Shown here: positions 9,765 through 19,736 of the stretch, piece by piece
Position numbering within the stretch: position 1 is the stretch's first letter
How the letters are laid out: each line of letters opens with the position of its first letter
NCBI GenBank assembly: GCA_904391375.1
Contig: CAJFMF010000009.1
Span: 1-52,857 of the forward strand
From: Candidatus Gallimonas faecavium
Lineage (GTDB): Bacteria > Bacillota > Clostridia > Christensenellales > Borkfalkiaceae
Direction of reading: 5' to 3'
DNA: 52,857 nt
Translations under genes and position numbers: made by a program
The notes under the pieces: generated by a model
Told to the model about the DNA's origin: nothing
The model's database searches: none
Seen by the model: the letters and a program-made list of their open reading frames with translations, nothing else

Positions 9765-12001
9765 GCCTGTGCGGCGTTGCCCGGCTCGGCAGGCTTATCG
9801 GGCTTGGGCGGACGCACGCGGTAGGAGCACTCTTTGTTGGAACAGCGGATGGTGCCGCGCGCCGTCTTGACGAGCGCGCTTCCGCACTGCGGGCATTTCT
9901 CGCCCGTCGGCTCATCCCACGACTTGAAGTCGCAGGCAGGGTATCCCGTACAGCCGTAGTAGAACTTGCCCGTACGCGTGCGCAGTTTTTTGGTCGGCTT
10001 GCCGCAGACGGGGCATTTGCCCTCCAGGACGCCCTCCGCCACCTTGTCCCCGTAGGGAAGGGTGGATTTGCAGGTCGGATAGTTGGGGCAGGCAAGAAAC
10101 TTGCCGTACCGTCCGCTCTTGACCACCATCATCGCGCCGCACTTGGGGCAGGGCGTCGTGGAGACCTCCGTCTCCCCTTCGCCGATGATGTTGGAGCAGG
10201 CGGGATAGTTGGAACAGGCGAGATAGGTGCCGTATTTGCCCGTCTTGCGGACCATCGGCGAACCGCACTTGGAACACTTGACGTCCGTCACTTCGTCGCC
10301 GTCCGTCTTGGCAAAGCGAAGCTGTTTTTCAAAGGGCGGGTAGAAGTCCGCGATGACCGCGTGCCAGTCCTTGCCGCCGTCCTCGATCTCGTCGAGCTTG
10401 GTCTCCATGTCCGCCGTGAATCCGACGTCCATGACGTCGGGGAAGTACTTGACGAGCATGTCCGTGATGCGGTATGCGACGTCGGTGGGCTTCATGTACT
10501 TGCCCTCTTTTTCGACGTATTTGCGCTTGCCCAGCACCGAGATGATGGTCGCATACGTCGAAGGGCGTCCGATTCCCTTGTCCTCCATCGCCTTCACGAG
10601 CGACGCATCCGTATAGCGCACGGGCGGCTTGGTGAACTTCTGCTCGGGCTTGAGGCCGAGACAGTCCAGAAGATGTCCCTCCTCGACGGGCGGGAGAAGC
10701 CCCTTGCCGTTGTCCTCGTCCCCTTCCGCGGGCTTGCTGTCCTGCCAGACGGCGGTATAGCCCGCAAATTTCAGCGCCTTGCCGCTCGCCTTCAGGTCAT
10801 AGTCGCCGTTTGCGATCTCCACCTGCATGGAGTCGTACAGCGCCTCCTTCATCTGCGAGGCGATGAAACGCTCGTAGATGAGTTTGTACACATTGTAGTG
10901 CTTGCGGTCGAGCATCTTCTTGACCGACTCGGGCGTGCGCGTAAGATCGATGGGACGGATCGCCTCGTGCGCGTCCTGCGCGCCCTTCTTGGACGCGTAG
11001 AAGTTGGGCTTTTCGGGGAGATATTCCCGTCCGTAGTTGGCCTCGATATACTGCCGCGCCGCCGCCTGGGCGTCCGAAGAGACGCGGGTGGAGTCGGTAC
11101 GGATATAGGTGACGAACGCGATATGCCCCATGCCCTCGACGTCGATGCCCTCGTAGAGGTGCTGCGCCATGAGCATGGTCTCGGGCGCGGTCATGCCGAG
11201 CTTGTTGGAGGCATCCTGCTGCAGCGTACTGGTCGTGAAGGGCGCGGGCGCGTGCGACTTGGTGACGCTGCGCTTGACGGATGCCACGCGGTACTGTCCC
11301 GCACCGAGCGCCGCAAGCACGGCGTCCGCCTCGTCCTTGCTGCCGATCTTGCACTTCTTGCCCTTGTACTTTTCCAGCGCCGCGCGGAAGGGCGAGAACT
11401 TCTTGTCGACGTCCTGCAATTCCGCAGTAATCGTCCAGTATTCCTCGGGCTTGAACGCCTGAATCTCCCGCTCGCGCTCGACGACGAGTCGGAGCGCCAC
11501 CGACTGCACGCGTCCCGCGGACAGTCCGTTGCCGATCTTGTCGTTCAGAAGCGGCGAGAGCTTGTACCCCACAAGGCGGTCCAGGACGCGGCGCGCCTGC
11601 TGGGCGTCCACGAGGTTGTAGTCGATGGTGCGCGGACAGGTCAGCGCGTGCTCCACCGCCTTGGGCGAGATCTCGTTAAATTCAATGCGGTTCTTTCCGT
11701 CGGCAGGCAGGCCGAGAACGGTCTGCAGGTGCCAGCTGATCGCCTCGCCCTCGCGGTCGGGGTCGGTTGCGAGATAGACTCTGTCCGCCCGCTTCGCCTC
11801 TTCGGTAAGGCGCTTGACGATCGCCTCCTTCCCGGGGGAATTGACATACCGCGGTTCATAGTTGCGGTCGGTCGCGACGCCGAGTTGCTTCTGCGGCAGG
11901 TCGCGGATGTGTCCGCCCGACGCGTCTACCTGATATTTCCCCTTGAGATAGCGCGAAATGGTCTTTGCCTTGCTGGGCGATTCAACGATGATAAGATCCA
12001 T
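9761..12001 (-). CDS. topA: DNA topoisomerase I
   Basis: 746 aa. TOPRIM domain IVESPSKAKTI, active-site region, four C-terminal CxxC zinc ribbons. 4-nt overlap with trmFO. Confidence 0.97.
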   Translation of the reverse strand: MDLIIVESPSKAKTISRYLKGKYQVDASGGHIRDLPQKQLGVATDRNYEPRYVNSPGKEAIVKRLTEEAKRADRVYLATDPDREGEAISWHLQTVLGLPADGKNRIEFNEISPKAVEHALTCPRTIDYNLVDAQQARRVLDRLVGYKLSPLLNDKIGNGLSAGRVQSVALRLVVEREREIQAFKPEEYWTITAELQDVDKKFSPFRAALEKYKGKKCKIGSKDEADAVLAALGAGQYRVASVKRSVTKSHAPAPFTTSTLQQDASNKLGMTAPETMLMAQHLYEGIDVEGMGHIAFVTYIRTDSTRVSSDAQAAARQYIEANYGREYLPEKPNFYASKKGAQDAHEAIRPIDLTRTPESVKKMLDRKHYNVYKLIYERFIASQMKEALYDSMQVEIANGDYDLKASGKALKFAGYTAVWQDSKPAEGDEDNGKGLLPPVEEGHLLDCLGLKPEQKFTKPPVRYTDASLVKAMEDKGIGRPSTYATIISVLGKRKYVEKEGKYMKPTDVAYRITDMLVKYFPDVMDVGFTADMETKLDEIEDGGKDWHAVIADFYPPFEKQLRFAKTDGDEVTDVKCSKCGSPMVRKTGKYGTYLACSNYPACSNIIGEGETEVSTTPCPKCGAMMVVKSGRYGKFLACPNYPTCKSTLPYGDKVAEGVLEGKCPVCGKPTKKLRTRTGKFYYGCTGYPACDFKSWDEPTGEKCPQCGSALVKTARGTIRCSNKECSYRVRPPKPDKPAEPGNAAQA

Positions 12002-12037
12002 ACAGCTCCTTCCCGGACATAGCGTCCGTTTCTGACA

Positions 12038-13117
12038 TTATTTCAACGCGGCGTACTGATTTCCGCCGGAACGGGCAATGAGCCCTTTCAGTTCGAGCGC
12101 GGCAAGCGTCGCCTGTGCCTCCCATACGGGAACGCCCGCAAGCTGTGCGAGCACGGCCGCATGCGCTTCTCCGCGCTGACGCAGCGCGCCGAGGAGTTTC
12201 TCCTCCGCGGGCGTGAGAGCGGGTTCCCGCCGTGCCGTGCGGGGCATTCCGTAGGCCTCCAGCACGTCCCCGGCGTCGGTGCAAAGATAGGCGCCCTGTT
12301 TGATGAGTTCGTTACAGCCCGCGCCCTGCGCCGCCCCTGCATTGTGCGGGAGCGCGAATACGTCCCTGCCGTAGGAAAGCGCGGCGTTTGCCGTGATGAG
12401 CGTTCCGCTCTTCTCCCCTGCGGCGAGCACGAGAACGCCCTCCGAGAGTCCCGCGAGAATGCGGTTGCGCGCGTGAAAGGAATACTTCTGCGCCCGCGTC
12501 CCGAACGGGTATTCCGTGACGACGAGTCCCCGTCCGGCGATCTCGCGCTTGAGCGCCGCGTGCGCGGCGGGATAATCGACGTCCAGTCCGCACGGGAGGA
12601 CGCTGATGAGGTTGGCCGCAGGGAGCGCTCCGTCGATGGCGGCGCGATCGCCGCCCTCCGCGATGCCCGTGACGATGACAAACCGCGCGCCAAGCTCCTG
12701 CGCGATGTTTTTCCCCGCCTTGGCCGCCCATGCGGGCAGCAGGCGCGAGCCGACAATGCAGAACTTGCGCGCCCCGAGCAGTTCCCTTCTGCCCGCGCAG
12801 AACAAGACGAGCGGCGGGTCGGGAATGGCGGCGAGCGCGGCGGGATAGTCCGCACTCAGGAGCGTCACCGCGAAACAGTTCCGCCGTTCCAGGCGCGCGA
12901 CCACCTCGTCCGCCAGGCGCAAAAGACCCGCGCGGTTACCTTTATATACACCATTTGTATCCGTTTCTATCACGGCGGCGCAAATTTTTTCCAGATCTGC
13001 GTCCGAAACCCCCTCCGCACAGATGCGCGAAAGGGCCGTGCGCGTGCTCTCGTCCAGCTCGCCGCAGGCGGCGAGAAGAAGCAGGAGCCGCTCCCGTTCC
13101 GAATAGGATGCGTTCAT
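12038..13117 (-). CDS. dprA: DNA-processing protein DprA (Smf)
   Basis: 359 aa. Rossmann-like DprA core (IVGSRxxxxWA, VTGIAEGGDRAA, VLPCGLD). Confidence 0.9.
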   Translation of the reverse strand: MNASYSERERLLLLLAACGELDESTRTALSRICAEGVSDADLEKICAAVIETDTNGVYKGNRAGLLRLADEVVARLERRNCFAVTLLSADYPAALAAIPDPPLVLFCAGRRELLGARKFCIVGSRLLPAWAAKAGKNIAQELGARFVIVTGIAEGGDRAAIDGALPAANLISVLPCGLDVDYPAAHAALKREIAGRGLVVTEYPFGTRAQKYSFHARNRILAGLSEGVLVLAAGEKSGTLITANAALSYGRDVFALPHNAGAAQGAGCNELIKQGAYLCTDAGDVLEAYGMPRTARREPALTPAEEKLLGALRQRGEAHAAVLAQLAGVPVWEAQATLAALELKGLIARSGGNQYAALK

Positions 13118-14637
13118 TCGAGACTATCCCCCAGCCGATAGGAGACCGCCTCATAGACGTGTGCGGGAAGAATTTCCTCGCACGCGGCAAGGTCGGCGAT
13201 CGTGCGCGCCACCTTGAGAATGCGCGCCCGCGCCCGTGCCGAGAGCTTCATCCGCTCGAAGGCGTCTTTGAGAATGCGCTCGCCTTCGGCGCTCAGCCGA
13301 CAGAACTGCGCAAGTTCCCGCTCCCCCATCTCCGCATTGGTGCGCACGGACGTCCCCTCAAAGCGCACGCTCTGAATGGCACGCGCCACGTTGACCCGTT
13401 CGCGCACCGCCGCACTGTCCTCCTGCTCTCCGTCCGCGGCGAGGGCATCGTACGGGACGTTGTCCACTTCCACCTGTAAATCGATCCGATCGAGCAGCGG
13501 CCCGGAGATCTTGCGGCGATAGCGGCGGATCTCGGCGGGCGAACAGGTGCATACCTTGTCGGCAGACCCGTAATTTCCGCAGGGACAGGGATTCATGCTC
13601 GCACAGAGCATGAACCGCGCGGGAAAGGCGATCGTCCCGCCCGCCCGCGCGACGGTGATCTTGCCGTCCTCGAGGGGCTGGCGGAGCGCCTCCAGCGCAG
13701 AGCGCTTGTATTCGGGCAGTTCGTCCAGAAAGAGCACGCCGCCGTGCGCGAGCGAAATTTCGCCGGGATGCACGGCACGCGTCCCGCCGCCGCACATGGC
13801 GACCGTCGTCGCCGTATGATGCGGGGTGCGGAAGGGCCGTTCGGAGACGATCCCCTCCTCGCCCAGCGTCCCCGCCACCGAATGGATTTTTGTGATCTCC
13901 AGCGCCTCCGCAAAGGTGAGGTCGGGCATGACGGTGGGCAGACAGCGCGCGAGCATGGTCTTGCCCGTTCCGGGCGGCCCCATGAGCAGAAGATTGTGTC
14001 CGCCCGCGACGGCCACTTCCAGCGCCCGCCGCGCAACGGGCTGTCCCTTGACATACTTCAAGTCGGCGCTCTGTTCCGCATGCCGCCGGGGGACAAACGT
14101 TTCGGGCGCGAGAGGCGATATTGCCTCCGCGCCCAACAGGAAACGCACCGTCTCCGCCAGCGTGGAAACGGGATAGATTTGCGCGCCGCCCAGATACGCG
14201 GCCTCTTTTGCATTGCCCGCGGGAACGACAAACCGCGTATACCCGTTCGCCTTCGCGGAAATGAGCACGGGCAGCAGCCCCGTGACGGGACGCACCGTCC
14301 CGTCCAGCGCAAGTTCGCCCAGGAAGACAATCCCCTGCACGGCCGCGCCCACGAGCTGTTCGCTCGCCTTCAGCAGGCTGACCGCCACGGCCAGATCGAA
14401 TGCCGCGCCCTCTTTTTTGACGTCCGCAGGCGCGAGATTGACCGTGATCTTTCCCATCGGAAAGGAAAATCCGCTGTTCCTGATGGCAGAGCGCACGCGT
14501 TCGCGCGACTCCTTGACGGCGGCATCGGGAAGTCCGACCATCTCATAGGCGGGAATCCCGCGGGAGACGTCCGTCTCCACTTCCACCGGAACCCCTTCCA
14601 GCCCCTGCAGGGCATAGCACACGATTTTTGCGATCAT
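13114..14637 (-). CDS. comM: Mg-chelatase-like AAA+ ATPase YifB/ComM
   Basis: ~507 aa. Lon-like N-terminal domain, Walker A GPPGTGKT, HGGVLFLDELPE. Start 14637 is preferred (SD GAAGAGGGGA). ATGA overlap with dprA. Confidence 0.92.
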   Translation of the reverse strand: MIAKIVCYALQGLEGVPVEVETDVSRGIPAYEMVGLPDAAVKESRERVRSAIRNSGFSFPMGKITVNLAPADVKKEGAAFDLAVAVSLLKASEQLVGAAVQGIVFLGELALDGTVRPVTGLLPVLISAKANGYTRFVVPAGNAKEAAYLGGAQIYPVSTLAETVRFLLGAEAISPLAPETFVPRRHAEQSADLKYVKGQPVARRALEVAVAGGHNLLLMGPPGTGKTMLARCLPTVMPDLTFAEALEITKIHSVAGTLGEEGIVSERPFRTPHHTATTVAMCGGGTRAVHPGEISLAHGGVLFLDELPEYKRSALEALRQPLEDGKITVARAGGTIAFPARFMLCASMNPCPCGNYGSADKVCTCSPAEIRRYRRKISGPLLDRIDLQVEVDNVPYDALAADGEQEDSAAVRERVNVARAIQSVRFEGTSVRTNAEMGERELAQFCRLSAEGERILKDAFERMKLSARARARILKVARTIADLAACEEILPAHVYEAVSYRLGDSLE

Positions 14638-14747
14638 ATTTTCCCCTCTTCCCTGCGCGGCGATCAAGGCGCCGTGACGCGTTCCGTTTGCGCAACAAAC
14701 GTTTTACAAGACAGCCGCGCACCGTTTCGGGTGCGCGGCACGATCGA

Positions 14748-16868
14748 TCAGCCGAAGATGGCCGAGATCACCGAGGCCGCCACGGGCAGGCCCGTCGCAA
14801 AGACGAAGTAGAGCACGAACAGCGCGACGAGCAGTCCGAAGCCGACCCAGGCGAGGACGCGGCTCGTTTTGCCCGTGCTGCCCTCTCTTGCGGTGAAGTC
14901 GGAGACAGCGTCCGCCGCCGCCATGAACAGGAAGATCCAGGCGAGCAGGACAAAGAGCACGGCGTTCTCAGCAAAGGCGGCCGCGATGAGAGCGAACACC
15001 AGCCCGAAGAGCGGGAGCATGGTGCGGCGCAGGAGATTGCGTTCCGCCTTGTCCCACTGTTTTGCCCGCGCGAGGCAGACGATGTGATAGACGAGGAAGG
15101 CGATTCCGCAAACGGCCGCCAGAATGGCGACGGGATTGAGGAAGGCGCCGAACACGGCGGAATAGGCCGCGCCGTCCGTACGCATGAGCAGGTAGAAAAT
15201 ATTGAAGGCGTTGGAGCTTTCCGCCGCCGCATTGACGCCGACGAAGCCGCCCGCAAAGGCCTTTGCGGCAAGGCCGAAGATGCTGATGCCGGGCTGTGCG
15301 GGATCGGAATACATCTTGATGTAAGGATAGTAGAGCGGAAGCGCGAACAGGAGCGCAAAGACGATGGCGCCGATGACGAGCGCGCAACCGAACGTGACGG
15401 CGGCGATCGACGTCTTGGAGCGGTATTCCGCGACCACGGCGGCGACCTTCTTCTTCGCGGGCGAAAGCGCGGGTGCAGGCGCATCCGTCTGCTCTTCCGC
15501 GGACTCGGAGACCGTCTTTTCCGTCTTTTGGGCAGCTTCTTCGGCCTCTGCCTCGGCGATCGCGACGTCGAGGTGATAGCGGCGGGCGCGCAACTGGCGC
15601 ACGATGCCCGCGCCGAAGAGGAGCGCGACCCCTGCCACGGGGATGATGAATGCGCCGTGGATGAGGATGGCAAATGCCCCTGCAAGTCCCGAGACGAGCA
15701 GCGGCACCGCAGATGCGAAGTCGGCACGCTTCATGCCGTTCGCGTAGAAGCGATGGCACATATCGAGCGAGAGCAGGAAGAAGAAGACCCCGAGCATGAG
15801 CGGCGTCCCCAGCCCGCCGAGGGCAAGCGTTGCGCTCGCGAGGGCGAAGAGCACGGCAAAGACGAGACCCGCGCGGTCATTTTTGGCAATTCTGCGCACG
15901 AGAAGCGATCCGACGAGCAATGCGCCCGCCGCCGCGAGCATGGGGAAGAAGCGCAGTCCGAAGGGGCTCATGCCGAAGATGAGCGTCCCGAGCGCGAGGA
16001 TGTCCTCCCCGAGCGCGCCGTAGACGGCCTCGACGCGGTAGACGTTTCCGTCTCCATAGGTGTTGCCCGCGCGCATTTCCGCGATCGTCATCATGGAGAT
16101 CTCCTCGCTTACGGTAAACCGATTGAACCGACTGGCATCCGTCGAGGGCAGGTACTGCCGATCGAGAAGCGTCTGCGCCTTTGCGGCGGCGCCCTCGGGA
16201 TTTTCACCCACGAGCGGCGTCGCCGAGTACACGCTCGCCGGGATGACGACCACTTCCCCCGTGCTCTCCGCCGTGGAGGAATTGGAGACGAGCTTCTCGC
16301 CTACGAACACCACTTCGTTGATGAGCACGTTGCAGGTACGCGACGTCAGCTTGACATAGGAATAGGTGGAAACATACCAGCCGTTTGCATAGGTATCCGA
16401 CGTCGCCGTGGGCGTCATTTCCACCCAACGATAGAACACGTCGTCGGGAAGGCTCTTGGTCTCCTCCGTCTCCTCGTCGGAGGCGAAGTTGGAAAAGGTG
16501 AGCTCCAGCCGTCTTCCGCCCGACTGCGTCGCCGACGAGTTGGGCCCGGAGACGATCTCGGCACGCAGCGTGACCGCGTCCCCCGTCTCGCCGTATGCGG
16601 CGCCGACGTTGATGTAGATGTGCTTCAGACGATAATAGCGCGTGACGCTCTCGCCTGCCGCGTCCGTCTCCTCGCAGTTCTTCTCCAGCTGGAAGACGAC
16701 GCTCGGCGTCTCCGCGTCCTGTTTTCCCTGCGTCTTGAGCTCATAGGCCTCTCCCGTGCCGCGGAAGGACCCGAGCACGCACAGTCCCACGCACAGAAAG
16801 ATGAGCGCGATGACATAGATGAGCCGCAGGGCAAGCGATGTTTTTTTCCGATTGTTTGAGTTTGGCAT
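14748..16868 (-). CDS. Large polytopic membrane protein, GT39/PMT_2-like glycosyltransferase with an N-terminal extracytoplasmic domain
   Basis: 706 aa. One N-terminal TM helix, a ~270-aa soluble domain, then SPFGLRFFPMLAAAGALLVGSLLVRR... and at least 9 TM helices, resembling ArnT/PMT-type glycosyltransferases. Family assignment is from memory of the motif only. Confidence 0.6.
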   Translation of the reverse strand: MPNSNNRKKTSLALRLIYVIALIFLCVGLCVLGSFRGTGEAYELKTQGKQDAETPSVVFQLEKNCEETDAAGESVTRYYRLKHIYINVGAAYGETGDAVTLRAEIVSGPNSSATQSGGRRLELTFSNFASDEETEETKSLPDDVFYRWVEMTPTATSDTYANGWYVSTYSYVKLTSRTCNVLINEVVFVGEKLVSNSSTAESTGEVVVIPASVYSATPLVGENPEGAAAKAQTLLDRQYLPSTDASRFNRFTVSEEISMMTIAEMRAGNTYGDGNVYRVEAVYGALGEDILALGTLIFGMSPFGLRFFPMLAAAGALLVGSLLVRRIAKNDRAGLVFAVLFALASATLALGGLGTPLMLGVFFFLLSLDMCHRFYANGMKRADFASAVPLLVSGLAGAFAILIHGAFIIPVAGVALLFGAGIVRQLRARRYHLDVAIAEAEAEEAAQKTEKTVSESAEEQTDAPAPALSPAKKKVAAVVAEYRSKTSIAAVTFGCALVIGAIVFALLFALPLYYPYIKMYSDPAQPGISIFGLAAKAFAGGFVGVNAAAESSNAFNIFYLLMRTDGAAYSAVFGAFLNPVAILAAVCGIAFLVYHIVCLARAKQWDKAERNLLRRTMLPLFGLVFALIAAAFAENAVLFVLLAWIFLFMAAADAVSDFTAREGSTGKTSRVLAWVGFGLLVALFVLYFVFATGLPVAASVISAIFG

Positions 16869-17073
16869 AGTCGTTTGTTCCTGATCTGTTTATTCCCTAT
16901 TATATTGTAAAATCTATTCTAACCGATAACGCGCCGAAAGTAAACGGATTTGAGGCGTATTTTGCGGAAAAAAACAAATTTTTTCGCCGCACTTCCCGCC
17001 CGCAGCCCTCCCGCGCGCGCCTTCCCGCCATGCTCTGCCGCAGAAAAACGCCTTCCGCACGGCGGCGCAGGGA

Positions 17074-17114
17074 CAAAGAAAAAGCCGACCCGCCTTTGAC
17101 TTTAAGCGGATCGG
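17074..17114 (-). terminator. Intrinsic terminator after rplS
   Basis: Minus-strand RNA: ACCGAUCCGC-12 nt-GCGGGUCGG followed by UUUUUCUUUG. Confidence 0.6.
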
Positions 17115-17134
17115 TTTTCTTTGCTTTCGCAGTC

Positions 17135-17476
17135 TTACTTCTTGTCCTTGATCTTGGCAGCCTTCCCCGTAAGCCCGCGCAGATAATAGAGCTTTGCGCG
17201 ACGAACTTTGCCGGCGCGTACGACGTTGACATACGCGACCTTGGGGGAATGCAGGGGGAAGCAACGCTCCACACCCACACCGAAGGAAAGGCGGCGCACC
17301 GTAAACGTCTCGCGGATCCCGCCGTTCTTCTTGGCGATGACAACGCCTTCAAAGTTCTGGATACGCTCTTTGCCGCCCTCGATGATACGATAGCCGACCT
17401 TGACGGTGTCGCCCACATTGAACTGAGGAACGTTCTCCTTCATGTTCTCGGCTTCGATCTGCTCGATGAGTCCCAT
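17135..17476 (-). CDS. rplS: 50S ribosomal protein L19
   Basis: 113 aa. The canonical L19 sequence (FNVGDTVKV..[15 protein letters not shown]..RRAKLYYLR). Confidence 0.97.
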   Translation of the reverse strand: MGLIEQIEAENMKENVPQFNVGDTVKVGYRIIEGGKERIQNFEGVVIAKKNGGIRETFTVRRLSFGVGVERCFPLHSPKVAYVNVVRAGKVRRAKLYYLRGLTGKAAKIKDKK

Positions 17477-17542
17477 TTTGACTTACCTCCTGTTTTACGC
17501 GACGTTCATTCCCGCATGCGGCAGAGGAACGCCCGAAGTCAC
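17477..17542 (-). promoter_or_regulatory. Structured 5' leader of rplS (possible L19 autoregulatory leader)
   Basis: The ~65-nt leader contains GGCGUUC..(CCGC-AU-GCGG)..GAACGUC nested helices just upstream of SD AGGAGG. L19 leaders are known in Firmicutes, but the match here is structural only. Confidence 0.3.
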
Positions 17543-17548
17543 TTGCTC

Positions 17549-17577
17549 ATTTTAGCAGAACCCGCACAAAAAATCAA
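17549..17577 (-). promoter_or_regulatory. Sigma-A promoter for rplS
   Basis: Minus strand: TTGATT-N17-TAAAAT. Confidence 0.6.
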
Positions 17578-17661
17578 CTTATTTTACCCGCTTTTTACAA
17601 AATTTTGACGGAATCCGCGTCGGAATGCGCGGCACGGGCGGGCCGTGAACGCCGCGCCGAA

Positions 17662-18903
17662 CTACGCGGGAGCATTTTCGGGCGAGGTCGGACGGGTGCT
17701 TACGATCTGGCGCTTTCCCTGCACGCAGGCGTATCGGTCGCGGCGGAAGAGCGTGCGTCCGAGTTCGCGGCCGTCCGCGGCTCTCACCACGAGATAGCAC
17801 TCGCTGCGCAGGCCCGCCTTCTCGGCGCGGAGCACCTTCTCCTCGTCCCCCTCCACGATCTCGGCGGGCGGCGGGGCAATGCGCTCCAGAACGCAGCTCT
17901 CGGGCGAATAGATCTTTCCGTCCGGCAGGCCGTACACTTCGAACGTCACGCGGCCCTCTCCCGTGCGCCCCAGAAGATAGACGGGGACCGCATAGGGATT
18001 GACAAACCGCAGATCGCTGTATCGGGAGACCATCGCATCCTGGGAGGGCGGGACATACCCGACCAGGAGCGAGTGCGGGCGGCTCTCCGTGACGCGCAGT
18101 CCGGCGCGCAGAGCCGCGCCCATGAGCGTGGTGGACGCCTGGCACACGCCCCCGCCCGTTCCCTCCACGAACTCTCCCGCGACGATGACGGGCGCATCCA
18201 GAAACCCGTTCGCGCGCGTACGTTCCCCCACCGCGCGATTGAAGGAGAACTCCTCTCCCGGGGCGAGCACCGTCCCCGTGATGCGCTCGCACGCCAGCGA
18301 GATATTGTGAACGCGCGCCGTTCTGCCCGCGTCGAAGGACGTGGAAAAAGAGGAAAGCCGCCGGGTGCGCGCGCGGAGCTGGGCCTCGGTGACGGAGGGC
18401 GCCCACAGACGGGTGACGAGCGACGTCTCGCGCGCGCCCTCCCGCAATGCCGTGAGAAGCGCGGACAGCGACGCGGCAAAATCGCAGTATCTTCCCGCCC
18501 GTTCACGGGAATACTCAAAACCCCTGCGCGAGAAGGTGAGCGTCGCATCCTGCGGCGCAAGCACGTTTTCGGCGCATACGTCGGCGAGAAACTCTTCCGC
18601 ATCGGGCAATTCCCGCCGCACCGTGACGGCGTATGACCCGCCCCGCTTCGCATGGCGCAGAATGCTGTCGAGGTCGTCCTCGTACACCACGCGCGGCGTC
18701 ACGTCTCCCGTCGGCGTATGCACAATCAGGGGGATCCGATCGAGCTGCGCGCGCACGCTCGTCCGCGCTTCCGCATACGTCATTCCGCCCACGGGGACGC
18801 CTTCCACCGTCACGCCGCGGCGGATGCGCGCCGCCCAGCCGCCCAAAAAAAAGGCACTCCCCGCAAGGAGGAGCGCAAGAATCACATGCAATGTCCGCTT
18901 CAT
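17662..18903 (-). CDS. VanW-family protein
   Basis: 413 aa. N-terminal TM helix and a VanW domain (FSFNRAVGERT..GGGVCQASTTL). ATGA overlap with the upstream PHP gene. Confidence 0.85.
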   Translation of the reverse strand: MKRTLHVILALLLAGSAFFLGGWAARIRRGVTVEGVPVGGMTYAEARTSVRAQLDRIPLIVHTPTGDVTPRVVYEDDLDSILRHAKRGGSYAVTVRRELPDAEEFLADVCAENVLAPQDATLTFSRRGFEYSRERAGRYCDFAASLSALLTALREGARETSLVTRLWAPSVTEAQLRARTRRLSSFSTSFDAGRTARVHNISLACERITGTVLAPGEEFSFNRAVGERTRANGFLDAPVIVAGEFVEGTGGGVCQASTTLMGAALRAGLRVTESRPHSLLVGYVPPSQDAMVSRYSDLRFVNPYAVPVYLLGRTGEGRVTFEVYGLPDGKIYSPESCVLERIAPPPAEIVEGDEEKVLRAEKAGLRSECYLVVRAADGRELGRTLFRRDRYACVQGKRQIVSTRPTSPENAPA

Positions 18904-19736
18904 TTGCTCCCTTCCGGACGGAGCGCGGCAAGCAGTTCCTCGGAAGGGGAAAAGACAGGCTGTCCGATCACGCGATTTCCGCCCTCGGCATGGAAATCCG
19001 AACCGCCCGTGATATACAATCCCCGCCCGCGCGCATATGCCGCAAACGCCTCCGCCTCATCGGAAGTATGGTCGGAATGAAAGCATTCTATGCCGTCCAG
19101 CCCGCCGTCCGCAAGCGCATCCACGAGCGCACGGCGCGCGTCCCTTTCCAGCGGAATGCGCCCCGGGTGCGCAAGCGACGCAATGCCGCCCGTCGCATGG
19201 ATGATTTCCACGGCATCCTGCGGAGTGGGCCGCATCAGCGAGGAATAACAGGCGCCGCCCGCCGCGAACGCCGCAAGATAGAGCTGTCCCTTTCCGACGC
19301 CCAGCCGTTCCGCATAGGCGGAGACGACGTGCATGGTGTGAAGCGGCGTCTGTTTTTTCAGGTGAAAACGCTCGGCATTCTCCAGCGTGAGGTGCAGCGA
19401 AAAATACGCGTTCGCCTTTTCGATCATGTCCTTTGCGCGGACGATCGCCCCCTCTCTTCGCGCCGCGAGAAAGTTCTCGTACGCCTCGCACGGCGCACAG
19501 CCGTACCCGAGGACGTGCACCTTCGCATCCCCCGCATAGGAAGACACCTCCCACCCGGAGACGTACGCAAGCCCCGCTTCGCGCGCCGCCGCGCGCTTGG
19601 CGGGCAGCCCTTCCAGACTGTCGTGGTCGGTCATGGAGATCAGGTCGACGCCCGCGCGCGCCGCCCGTGCGGCGATCTCGCGCGGGGAATATGCCCCGTC
19701 CGAATAGTAGGTATGAATGTGTAAGTCGGCTCTCAT
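18900..19736 (-). CDS. PHP-domain metal-dependent phosphoesterase (TrpH/YciV-like)
   Basis: 278 aa. N-terminal DLHIHTxYSDG and later H/D metal ligands. ATGA overlap with recF. Confidence 0.85.
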   Translation of the reverse strand: MRADLHIHTYYSDGAYSPREIAARAARAGVDLISMTDHDSLEGLPAKRAAAREAGLAYVSGWEVSSYAGDAKVHVLGYGCAPCEAYENFLAARREGAIVRAKDMIEKANAYFSLHLTLENAERFHLKKQTPLHTMHVVSAYAERLGVGKGQLYLAAFAAGGACYSSLMRPTPQDAVEIIHATGGIASLAHPGRIPLERDARRALVDALADGGLDGIECFHSDHTSDEAEAFAAYARGRGLYITGGSDFHAEGGNRVIGQPVFSPSEELLAALRPEGSK

